From contig JBBSBV010000004.1 of assembly GCA_038250905.1 (NCBI GenBank), positions 66,588-130,587 of the forward strand: a stretch of DNA of 64,000 nt, in the 5' to 3' direction. The notes beneath the pieces are model-generated. The model did no database searches. It had not been told where the DNA came from and worked only from the letters and a program-made list of their open reading frames with translations. Shown piece by piece: positions 10,478 to 18,232 of this stretch. The position numbers were made by a program, and so were the translations under genes. The DNA is from Acidimicrobiia bacterium (GTDB lineage: Bacteria > Actinomycetota > Acidimicrobiia > IMCC26256 > JAENVU01). Positions within the stretch are counted from its first letter, which is position 1. The number at the start of each line of letters is the position of its first letter.

Positions 10478-10783
10478 ATGTGCCGGAACATCACCGAACT
10501 CCGCGGCCTCGAGCCGCCCGCCACCCGTGACGAGATCGAGGCCGCGGCGCGGCAGTTCGTCCGCAAGATCAGCGGTGTCGCGAAACCCAAGGGCGACGTC
10601 GCCGCCGCGATGGAGGCGGCCGCGTTGCAGATTGCGCACATCAGTGAGCATCTGCTCGCGGATCTGCCGGCCCGGCGTCAACCGCCGAAATCGGATCCAC
10701 CGTTGCGCCGCCCCGAGGTGCGCGCCCGGCTCGGGCTTCCGCCCTTCGAAGCCGCCCCCGGGCCCGCCCTCCGCGCGCAGTAA
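10478..10783 (+). CDS. DUF2277 domain-containing protein.
   Basis: Starts MCRNITELRGLEPPAT, the characteristic DUF2277 N-terminus; 101 aa. The ORF-track start is an upstream extension. Confidence 0.6.
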   Translation: MCRNITELRGLEPPATRDEIEAAARQFVRKISGVAKPKGDVAAAMEAAALQIAHISEHLLADLPARRQPPKSDPPLRRPEVRARLGLPPFEAAPGPALRAQ

Positions 10784-10880
10784 CCGCCGACCCTCCGAGG
10801 TTCGTTTCGGTCGGAGTGCGTGCGAACGAGCAATCAGGGCGGAGCGAGCCTCGCGTCAGGCGTGACCGCCAGGAGTGCGT
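10784..10880. repeat. GAGCG-rich REP-like element, copy C; contains an internal direct repeat GGAGTGCGTGCGAACGAGC x2. Convergent gap between DUF2277 and MMPL.
   Basis: Shares GGAGCGAGCCTC(A/G)CG and GCG(T/C)G(C/A)GAACGAGC words with the copies at 27938 and 30031. Confidence 0.45.
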
Positions 10881-13039
10881 GCGAACGAGCCATCGAGCGC
10901 CGCGAGTTCGGCGTCGAGGTCGGGCTGACCCTCGATGTTCATGCGGGGCAGGATGCGGTCGAGCCACGCGGGGAGCCACCAGTTGCGGTCGCCGAGGAGT
11001 TCCATCGTCGCCGGGACGAGGATGAGCCGGACGATGGTGGCGTCGACGAACACCGCGACCGACATGCCGAGGCCGAAGACCTTCAGTGACCGGTCGGGTC
11101 CGAGCACGAACGCACCGAACACGCAGACCATGATCGCAGCCGCCGCGGTGATCACGCGTGCCGTCGCCGCGAGCCCGCTGGCGACCGCCTCCGCGTTGTC
11201 GCCGGTGCGGTCGTAATCCTCCTTGATGCGCGAGAGCAGGAATACCTCGTAGTCCATCGAGAGACCGAACACGACCGCGAAGAGCATGAGCGGGGCCCAC
11301 GACTCGATCGGGCCCTCCTTCCCGACGCCGATCAGGCTCGCGCCCCAGCCCCACTGGAAGACCGCGACCATCACCCCGTACGCGGCTCCCACCGACAGCA
11401 GGTTCATGATCACCGCCTTCAGCGGGACGAGCAGGCTCCGGAACACGATCATGAGCAGGACGAAGGAGAGCAGCAGCACGAACCCGACGACGACGGGGAG
11501 CATCCGCGCGGTGTAAGCCGCGAAGTCGTCGGCGGCGGCCGGGAACCCACCGACCGCGACCCGCGCGGTGGTGCCCGCGGTGGCCTCCGGGACGATGTGG
11601 TCACGCAGGCGGTTCACGAGGTCGTCGGTGGCGGCGTCCTGGGGTGACGTGGTGGGGAACACCTGCAGAATGGCCGCGGTGCCGGCCGGGTTCGGCCGGG
11701 GCGGCGTGGCGAACGCGACACCGCGCGTCTGGTTGAGGGTGGCCGACAGCCGATCCAGTACCGCGACGTCGCGGCCCCCTTCCGGTGTCTCGGCCGCGAG
11801 GAGGAGGGGTCCGTTGAAGCCGGGACCGAAGCCCTTCGCGAGCAGGTCGTACGCGCGTCGGGTGGTGCTCGAGGTGGGTGAGTTCCCCGCATCGCCGAAC
11901 CCGAGCCGCAGCGACCCGATCGGCAGCGCGATCACGATCAGCACCAGCAATGCGCCGATGAACGCCGGCCACGGCCGGCGCTGCACGAACTTGGCCCAGC
12001 GGCTCCAGAACGCGGGCCGGTCGGTCTCCCGGCTCCGGTGGGGGAGTCCGAAGCGGTCGATGTTCTTGCCCACGAACCCGAGGAGTGCCGGGAGGAGCGT
12101 GACCGAGCCGAGCATGGTGAACACCACGCCGATCGTCATGCCGACCGCGACCCCACGGAACGTCTCGGTGTTGAGGATGAGCAACCCGAGGAGGGAGATG
12201 ACGACGGTCGAGCCCGCGAACAGCACGGCCCGGCCCGCGGTGTCGAGCGCGACGACCACCGACGTCTCGGGACCATGACCCTTGGCCAGCGTCTCGCGGT
12301 AGCGCGTGACGATGAACAGCGCGTAGTCGATGCCGACGCCGATCGAGACCATCAAGGTGGCCTGGGTCGTGAAGTTCGGCATGTTCATGAAGTTGGCGAC
12401 GAGCGCGACGAGCGCGGTGCCACACCCGATGCCGAACAGTGCCGTCGCGATCGGCAGGCCCATCGCGAGGAGCGAGCCGAACGCGATGAGGAGGATGAGC
12501 ATGGCGAGGAAGAGCCCGACGGCCTCACTGCCGAACTGCTGGTCGTTGAAGATCTCGTTGCCGAGTTCGATCTGCAGTCCGTCGCGTTGCGCACCGTCCC
12601 GGAGTCCCTTGATCTTGGTGGCGGCGTCCTCGTACTGCTTGGACGACCGGTCGCGGAAGTTCAGCTCGGCGTACGCGATCTTCCCGTCGGGCGAGATCTG
12701 GCGCTCGTTACCTTGTTGGTAGGGACTGACCACCTGCGTGCCGCCGACCTGCTGCTCGATGTCGGCGAACAACTGCTTCATCGCGGTCTCGACCGGCGCG
12801 GTGCGCACACCCCGCGGGTCGGTGAACGCGATCTGCGCCGACCGTCCGGCGCGCTCGACGAAGCCCCGGTTCTTCAAGGTGTCGAACGCGCGCTGGCTCT
12901 CGGATCCGGGCAGTCCCTGTTGGACCTGGAACACGCCGCCGGCCGAACTCGACGCGATCGAGAGACCCACGAGGACGAGGATCCAGGCCGCGAGCACAGA
13001 GCGGCGGCGGCGGAAACAGGCGCGAGCGAGGGACTGCAT
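10856..13039 (-). CDS. MMPL family RND-type membrane transporter.
   Basis: Twelve TM helices with two large extracytoplasmic loops and duplicated MMPL blocks, 727 aa. Confidence 0.9.
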   Translation of the reverse strand: MQSLARACFRRRRSVLAAWILVLVGLSIASSSAGGVFQVQQGLPGSESQRAFDTLKNRGFVERAGRSAQIAFTDPRGVRTAPVETAMKQLFADIEQQVGGTQVVSPYQQGNERQISPDGKIAYAELNFRDRSSKQYEDAATKIKGLRDGAQRDGLQIELGNEIFNDQQFGSEAVGLFLAMLILLIAFGSLLAMGLPIATALFGIGCGTALVALVANFMNMPNFTTQATLMVSIGVGIDYALFIVTRYRETLAKGHGPETSVVVALDTAGRAVLFAGSTVVISLLGLLILNTETFRGVAVGMTIGVVFTMLGSVTLLPALLGFVGKNIDRFGLPHRSRETDRPAFWSRWAKFVQRRPWPAFIGALLVLIVIALPIGSLRLGFGDAGNSPTSSTTRRAYDLLAKGFGPGFNGPLLLAAETPEGGRDVAVLDRLSATLNQTRGVAFATPPRPNPAGTAAILQVFPTTSPQDAATDDLVNRLRDHIVPEATAGTTARVAVGGFPAAADDFAAYTARMLPVVVGFVLLLSFVLLMIVFRSLLVPLKAVIMNLLSVGAAYGVMVAVFQWGWGASLIGVGKEGPIESWAPLMLFAVVFGLSMDYEVFLLSRIKEDYDRTGDNAEAVASGLAATARVITAAAAIMVCVFGAFVLGPDRSLKVFGLGMSVAVFVDATIVRLILVPATMELLGDRNWWLPAWLDRILPRMNIEGQPDLDAELAALDGSFARTPGGHA

Positions 13040-13113
13040 CGAGCGACTCCAGGAAAATGCGGCGGGGCGTCGAGGGTACGACGCGCGCGCCGCGGTTCAC
13101 ACTGTGGCAGGGG

Positions 13114-14280
13114 TCACGTGACGAGTTGACGTTCGAGTGGCGTGCGGAACCGTGGGGTCACGAGCGTGCCGTCGAGGCGGGCGGTGAGGTCACGCGCGGC
13201 GCGTTGGACCGCGGTGTCGACTCGTGTCGGCACCGATTCGAGGAACCCGACCACCACGTTCCCGTCGGGGTGCTGGGCCCAGCCGCCGACGACCCGACCG
13301 TCCGACCACACGGTCGGCCCCGCGTTGCCGTTGCGATCGAACAGTTCCGTGCCGTGCGCACCGAGATACCACTCCCGGTCCTTCCAGCCCATGACCGTCG
13401 GGTCGAGGCCGGGAAGGAGCGCGACCCACGGGCGGGGTGCCCGCACCGTGGCGGTGTCGTCCGGGAGGAGGTAGCCGGTGCCGCCGTCGGACAGGGTGAC
13501 CTCGATCGCCTCGACCTGCGCCAACGCGGTCTTCGCGTCGCGTTGGGTCCATCCCGTCCACCAGGTGATGTCCCGCAGGGTGCCGGGTCCGAACGCGTAC
13601 AGCCACCGGCGGAGCAGCGCGACCCGGGCTGCGGCGGGGTCCAGTTCCGGGAGGGGACCGATCCACGTTGCCGTCGGCGCCCAACGGTACTGGCTGGAGA
13701 TCCAGGTCCCGAGCGGCCGCGCTCGCACGATGCGGCCCTCGGTGGCGAGCATGAACAGGACCCGGGTGGACATGCCGACGTCGGCACCCCACTTCTTTCC
13801 CTCACCCATCTTGAGTTTCAACTGCAACTCGGGCACGAGCGGGGTCAACTGCGTCGCGGTGCCCTCACCCAGCTCGACGAGGGCGGCCAGCGTGCGTTCT
13901 TCGACTTCCCGCAGCCAGGCCGCGCCGTCCGCCGCGAGGCCCTGGCGCTCGATCAGCCCGGTGAGCCGCCGGCGTTCACCCGGTGCCAGGGCCTGGGTGC
14001 ACGCCGCGTCCATCACAGCCGCGGTGTCGCGATCGACGACGAACATGGTCCGCCGCATCCCCAACATACGGACGAGCGAACGTCGCTCGTACAGCGCGTC
14101 TTCGAGTTGGCCGTTGGTGAAGCCCGCCACCCGGGCGGTTGCGGCGAGATAGACCGAGGCGGGATCGCTCGAGTGCAGACCGATGACGCCCGCGGTCGCG
14201 GTCTCCACATCGGGTGCGGCGGTGGCGAGATGGTGACGGCGCGCGAGTCGGGCGCGCCGTTGGGCGTCGGTGATCAGCAC
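13114..14280 (-). CDS. Winged-helix DNA-binding protein, DUF1006 / YcaQ-like (crosslink-repair glycosylase family).
   Basis: WYxxGP and LLPxxDP-type motifs. The ORF-track N-terminus is R-rich junk overlapping the upstream gene, trimmed to the GTG (VLITDAQRRARL) at 14280. Confidence 0.65.
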   Translation of the reverse strand: MLITDAQRRARLARRHHLATAAPDVETATAGVIGLHSSDPASVYLAATARVAGFTNGQLEDALYERRSLVRMLGMRRTMFVVDRDTAAVMDAACTQALAPGERRRLTGLIERQGLAADGAAWLREVEERTLAALVELGEGTATQLTPLVPELQLKLKMGEGKKWGADVGMSTRVLFMLATEGRIVRARPLGTWISSQYRWAPTATWIGPLPELDPAAARVALLRRWLYAFGPGTLRDITWWTGWTQRDAKTALAQVEAIEVTLSDGGTGYLLPDDTATVRAPRPWVALLPGLDPTVMGWKDREWYLGAHGTELFDRNGNAGPTVWSDGRVVGGWAQHPDGNVVVGFLESVPTRVDTAVQRAARDLTARLDGTLVTPRFRTPLERQLVT

Positions 14281-14284
14281 CGGT

Positions 14285-15712
14285 TCAGGATCGCGCGTCC
14301 CGCAACGCCAGGCGCGCGGCGTGGAGCCCGCACATCCCGTGGACACCACCGCCCGGCGGCGTGGACGCCGAGCAGAGGTAGACCCCCGGACGCGAGGTCG
14401 CCCACGGATGCAGGGAGCGGAGTGGACGGGTGAAGACCTGGCGCAGATCGCCTGCACCACCGTTGATGTCACCGCCTACGTAGTTCGCGTCGTGCGCCTC
14501 GAACGCGGCGGTGTTCATCGTGGCGCGCGCCCGGATCGCGTCGCGGAATCCGGGGGCGTGGCGCTCGACCTGGGCTTCGATCGCCGCGGTCCGGTCGACG
14601 GTCGAGCCGTTCGGGACGTGGCAGTACGCCCACGCGACCGCGGCGCCCGCCGGCGCGCGGCTCGGATCCGCGACCGTCGGCTGGACGAGGATCGTGTACG
14701 GACGTTCGGGGTGCACCCCCGCCACGACCTGCGCCTCGGTCGCGGCGATCTCCTCCAACCGACCGCCGAGGTGGACCGTGCCCGCGCGCCCGACCTCCGG
14801 ATCGGTCCAGGGACTCGGTGCGTGCAGTGCCCAGTCGACCTTGAACACGCCCGGGCCGTACCGGTACCGCTCGAGCGCATGGCGGTACCGGCCGGTGAGG
14901 TCGCCGCCGCCGATGCGGAGCAGCTGACGGGGCGTGACGTCGAGCAGGACGGTCGGAGCGGGGGGAAGGGCGCGCAGATCCCGGACCTCGTGGTCGGTCA
15001 CGATCTCGCCACCGTGCTCGCGCAGGATGGCGGCGAGCGCCGCCGCGATCTGCCCACTTCCGCCGCGAGCGACGGGCCAGCCGTGCGCGTGGGCGAGGAG
15101 ACCGAGGAACAGCCCGTACCCCGCGGTCGCCGGCGCGCCGAGTGGGAGCATCGAATGCGCGGCCAGACCCGCAAGGAGGGCGCGGGGACCGTCGCCGTCG
15201 AAGCGACCCCGCGTGAGTCCGTCGGCACTGCGGATCGCATGACGACCGAACCGCGCCGCGGCAATCGGTGACGGTGGGATGCGCAACGGCGAGAGCACCG
15301 CGTCGGCGATGGTGTCGGCGTGCGCGACGAGTGGTCCGACCAGCCGCCGGTACCGGCGCGCGTCGGCCGCGCCGAATCCCGTGGCGGTCGCGACGACGTC
15401 GCGTCGCAGGAGCGCGGCCGGTCGGCTGTCGAGTGGGTGAGCGAGTGGGATCGACGGATGACACCACTCGACGCCATGGCCCGCGAGGTCGAGGTCCGCG
15501 AACGCCGGCGAGGCCTGTCCGATCGCGTGGACGGTGGAGCAGATGTCGTGGACGAATCCCGACTCCGTCAACTCCGCCGATCGGAGTCCGCCACCAATCG
15601 TCGGGCCGGCCTCGAGGAGGAGCACCTTCCGACCGGCTCGGGCCAGCGTGATCGCCCCGACGAGTCCGTTCGGTCCCGCGCCGACGACGACCGCGTCGTA
15701 TTCGCCGGCCAT
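14285..15712 (-). CDS. NAD(P)/FAD-dependent oxidoreductase, phytoene desaturase (CrtI) family.
   Basis: DAVVVGAGPNGL dinucleotide-binding motif at the N-terminus, 475 aa. Confidence 0.85.
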   Translation of the reverse strand: MAGEYDAVVVGAGPNGLVGAITLARAGRKVLLLEAGPTIGGGLRSAELTESGFVHDICSTVHAIGQASPAFADLDLAGHGVEWCHPSIPLAHPLDSRPAALLRRDVVATATGFGAADARRYRRLVGPLVAHADTIADAVLSPLRIPPSPIAAARFGRHAIRSADGLTRGRFDGDGPRALLAGLAAHSMLPLGAPATAGYGLFLGLLAHAHGWPVARGGSGQIAAALAAILREHGGEIVTDHEVRDLRALPPAPTVLLDVTPRQLLRIGGGDLTGRYRHALERYRYGPGVFKVDWALHAPSPWTDPEVGRAGTVHLGGRLEEIAATEAQVVAGVHPERPYTILVQPTVADPSRAPAGAAVAWAYCHVPNGSTVDRTAAIEAQVERHAPGFRDAIRARATMNTAAFEAHDANYVGGDINGGAGDLRQVFTRPLRSLHPWATSRPGVYLCSASTPPGGGVHGMCGLHAARLALRDARS

Positions 15713-15780
15713 TTGGATCAGCGGTCCATTTGGATCAGCGGGCCATCGGGTTCAGTGGGCCCGCGGGATCAGCGGGCTCG
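15713..15780. repeat. Four tandem copies of a 17-nt unit (consensus ATTTGGATCAGCGGGCC) spanning the Crp stop / oxidoreductase start junction.
   Basis: Read directly from the sequence lines. On the coding (minus) strand each unit carries TGA and ATG, giving two 3-codon mini-ORFs (MAR*, MDR*) between the genes. Confidence 0.7.
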
Positions 15781-16425
15781 CCGGGCCAGGAGGGCGGCGT
15801 CGAGGACCTCGACGCGTCCACGCGTGAGGGCGAGGATGCCGGCGTCGGCCGCTCCCTTCAACACCCGGTTCGCGGTGGGGCGGGTCGTCCCCGCCATCGA
15901 GGCGATGTCGTCCTGGGTGACCGGGATGCTCGCCGGCCCGCCCCCGCCGAAGAGCGTGGCGAGGTCGAGGACCCGGCGCAGGACGCGGGTCTCCGCCGGC
16001 ACGTAGAGCGCCTCGGTGAGCCGGTCGGAGAGGCGCCGGACCTGGGCCGCGAGCAGGTCGATGAGGACGAGCGCGACCTCGGGATGGTCGTGCACGAGGT
16101 CGGAGAACTCGGCGCGTCGCACGGCGCGGGTCTCGGTCGGGTCGAGGGCGACGGCACTCGCGGTCCTGCGGGCGTCCGCGGTGAGGAGCGCCTGTTCTCC
16201 GAATGCATCGCCCGGGCCGAGGACGGTGTGGGTGGACACGTCGCCGAGCGCGGTACCGACACGGATCGCGACGTGGCCCTTTTCGATCAGGTGCAGGCTG
16301 TCGCCCGCGTCGCCCTCGTGGAACAGCACTTCACCTTTCGCGTATTTGCGTCGCACTGCGTTGGCGAGGACGCGTCGCCGCTCGTCTTCGGTCAGTGAGG
16401 ACAGCAGTCCCTGCTCGTCAGCCAT
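15769..16425 (-). CDS. Crp/Fnr family transcriptional regulator.
   Basis: cNMP-binding domain (GDAFGEQALL) plus a C-terminal HTH (QDDIASMAGTTRPTANRVLK). Start trimmed to the ATG (MADEQGLL). Confidence 0.85.
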   Translation of the reverse strand: MADEQGLLSSLTEDERRRVLANAVRRKYAKGEVLFHEGDAGDSLHLIEKGHVAIRVGTALGDVSTHTVLGPGDAFGEQALLTADARRTASAVALDPTETRAVRRAEFSDLVHDHPEVALVLIDLLAAQVRRLSDRLTEALYVPAETRVLRRVLDLATLFGGGGPASIPVTQDDIASMAGTTRPTANRVLKGAADAGILALTRGRVEVLDAALLARRAR

Positions 16426-16462
16426 GGTGCTGATGCTACGGGTCCGGGTCCCCGCCCCTGTG

Positions 16463-16480
16463 TGTGCAGGCGCGCACACG
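16463..16480. promoter_or_regulatory. Crp-like box GTGTGC-N6-GCACAC about 40-55 nt upstream of the Crp gene start.
   Basis: Matches TGTGA-N6-TCACA at 4 of 5 positions in each half with the correct spacing. Confidence 0.35.
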
Positions 16481-16569
16481 GCCGAGGTCGGCGCCGTGAC
16501 AGTGATCGTCCGGCCGAACCCGCATGCTGGACGGGCCGGAGCGATCCGGTCGGTGCGCCGGACAGGGGC

Positions 16570-16593
16570 GGGCCGGGGTGATTCCCCCGGCCC
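16570..16593 (-). terminator. GC-rich hairpin GGGCCGGGG-TGATTC-CCCCGGCCC (9-bp stem) 28 nt downstream of the S8 peptidase stop; candidate I-shaped terminator for the GAF-S8 operon.
   Basis: Perfect 9-bp stem; no U-tract, which is common in high-GC actinobacteria. Confidence 0.3.
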
Positions 16594-16620
16594 GTGGCGC
16601 GTTGGCGCCGGTGGGGTCGG

Positions 16621-17442
16621 TCAGGCGCGATTCGCCGCGAGTTCGGCGAGGACCGTCTTGACCTGCCAGCACGTCAGGCCGGGGTGGGCACCGAGAATGC
16701 GGGCGATCAGACCCGCGATGACCGGCGCCGCGAAGGAGTTGCCGGTAGCCGTGACGGTCGCGCCGTCGAGCCAGGGCACGTCGACCTCGACGCCGATCGC
16801 GCCCCACTCGGCCGGCGGCGCGGGGTTGGCCAAGAAGCGTTCGGGATCGTTCCCCTCGATCGCCGCCACCGAGAACACCGACGCGAACTCCGACGGGATG
16901 CTGACCTTCGGTTCGTTGGCCAACGCACTGACGAGCATCACCCGACGGTGCAGCGCCTGATCGGCGAGGTCGTGGAACGAGGCGAACCAGTCCTCGTTGG
17001 TCGTCGACAGGCTGAGGTTGATGACCTGCATCCCCGACTCGATCGCCCAGTCGATCGCGCCGGCGAAGCATCGGGCGCGACCGGTCAGGCGCTCGCCGAG
17101 TACCCGAGCGGAGTGCAGTTCGATGCCCGGCGCGAGCGACCGGATGATCCCGGCACAGGCCGTCCCGTGCCCGTAGAGATCGGCGTGGTCCTCGACCCGC
17201 ACGCGGTAACCGTCGTCCGCGCTCGCGTCCGGCTCCACGATGACGCCGCGGTCGACCCGGCCCACCGCGGGATGGTCGGCGTCGATGCCCGAGTCGATGA
17301 CGGCGACCTTCACGCCGGCGCCCAGCCCGTCGCCGTACGCCCACTCCGGAGTGATCACTCCCGGCAGGTCGAGGCCGGGCGCGGTGCCGAGGCGGTCGGG
17401 GTTGAACGCGTCGGACCAGGCCGGGAGTCCGGTGTTCGTCAC
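16621..17442 (-). CDS. S8 family (subtilisin-like) serine peptidase, no signal peptide.
   Basis: Catalytic Asp (VAVIDSGID), His (HGTACAG) and Ser (GNSFAAP) motifs in order. Confidence 0.85.
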   Translation of the reverse strand: MTNTGLPAWSDAFNPDRLGTAPGLDLPGVITPEWAYGDGLGAGVKVAVIDSGIDADHPAVGRVDRGVIVEPDASADDGYRVRVEDHADLYGHGTACAGIIRSLAPGIELHSARVLGERLTGRARCFAGAIDWAIESGMQVINLSLSTTNEDWFASFHDLADQALHRRVMLVSALANEPKVSIPSEFASVFSVAAIEGNDPERFLANPAPPAEWGAIGVEVDVPWLDGATVTATGNSFAAPVIAGLIARILGAHPGLTCWQVKTVLAELAANRA

Positions 17443-18185
17443 CGGCGGCCGCGCCGCGCCGAGGCGTACTCGAGGAAGTCCTCCAGCAGCTTCGCGGCTG
17501 CGCCGCGCTCCGCCGAGCCCAGCCGGCGGGCCGCGGCCAGCGCGGCCGTGATGCGGAGGGTCTCGGCATCGAGGTCGTGGTCCTCGGCGGCGATGGTGGC
17601 GAGGGTGCGGGCCACGTCCGGTCGGTCCGCTTCGGTGGCGGCCGCGGCGGCGCGGAGCACGGCGGTGCCGAGGTCGCTCGTCGCGCGGCCGAGGGCGAGG
17701 GCGCCGGCGGCGGCTCGGGCGAACCGGGCCGCGAGGTCGAGGGCGGCGGTGCCCGCGGGGCGGGTGCGGTCGAGCACGGAGAAGACTCCGACCACGTCGT
17801 CACCGAGCAGGACCGGTGCCACGAGCACCGACGTCGGGACGTAGCCGGTCCGCTCGGCGACGTCGGCCGCGAACCGGGCGTCGCGGGCGACGTCGTCGAC
17901 GGCGAGGGTCTCGCCGGTGGCCGCGGCGTACCCGGCGAGGCCCCGGCCCAGTGGCAGCCGCATGCCGACGACTTCGGCCGCACCCTCGCCCGAGGACGCG
18001 AGGTACTCGAGCTCCCCGGCGGTGTCGTCGACCCTCGCCATCGAACACGCGGCGGCGCCGAACGCCACCCGGGCGGGGTCCACGATCGCCTCGAGCAGCG
18101 CGCGCACTTCGGGGAGTTCCAGCGCCGTGCCGGTGGCGGCGGCGACCGCAGCTGCCTCGCGCAGTGGCGCACGCCGGGTGCTCAC
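17439..18185 (-). CDS. GAF domain-containing protein.
   Basis: GAF fold signature (LPLGRGLAGYAAATGETLAVDDV...). The ORF-track 815-aa entry is a 5' over-extension across the MFS gene; trimmed to the GTG at 18185. Stop overlaps the S8 start (ATGA). Confidence 0.6.
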   Translation of the reverse strand: MSTRRAPLREAAAVAAATGTALELPEVRALLEAIVDPARVAFGAAACSMARVDDTAGELEYLASSGEGAAEVVGMRLPLGRGLAGYAAATGETLAVDDVARDARFAADVAERTGYVPTSVLVAPVLLGDDVVGVFSVLDRTRPAGTAALDLAARFARAAAGALALGRATSDLGTAVLRAAAAATEADRPDVARTLATIAAEDHDLDAETLRITAALAAARRLGSAERGAAAKLLEDFLEYASARRGRR

Positions 18186-18232
18186 CGGCCGCAGCCGTCG
18201 ATCGAACAATGTCCCGTGATCACCCGCGGATG

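Noticed and set aside
9455-10681. N-terminal 409 aa of the 782-aa ORF 8333..10681.
   Set aside because: R-rich, poor codon bias, and it overlaps in another frame the well-supported CXXCH lipoprotein gene 9733..10308. The real gene starts at the ATG at 9454.
13040-13113. Perfect palindrome GTCACGTGAC (and GTCACGTG near 39153) as a regulatory site.
   Set aside because: Short CACGTG-type palindromes are expected by chance at this GC content and the two instances share no flanking similarity.
15725-15768. 3-codon mini-ORFs MAR* and MDR* (and MRVF* at 42790-42815) as independent genes.
   Set aside because: Too short to call as genes; treated as by-products of tandem junction duplications and reported as a finding, not as CDS features.
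16436-18172. 578-aa minus-strand ORF and similar long R-rich ORFs (8084..9988 +, 13057..14433 +, 14469..15467 -, 37088..39118 +, 26396..28006 -, 30744..32825 -).
   Set aside because: All overlap better-supported genes in other frames and consist of Arg/Gly/Pro-rich shadow-frame sequence.
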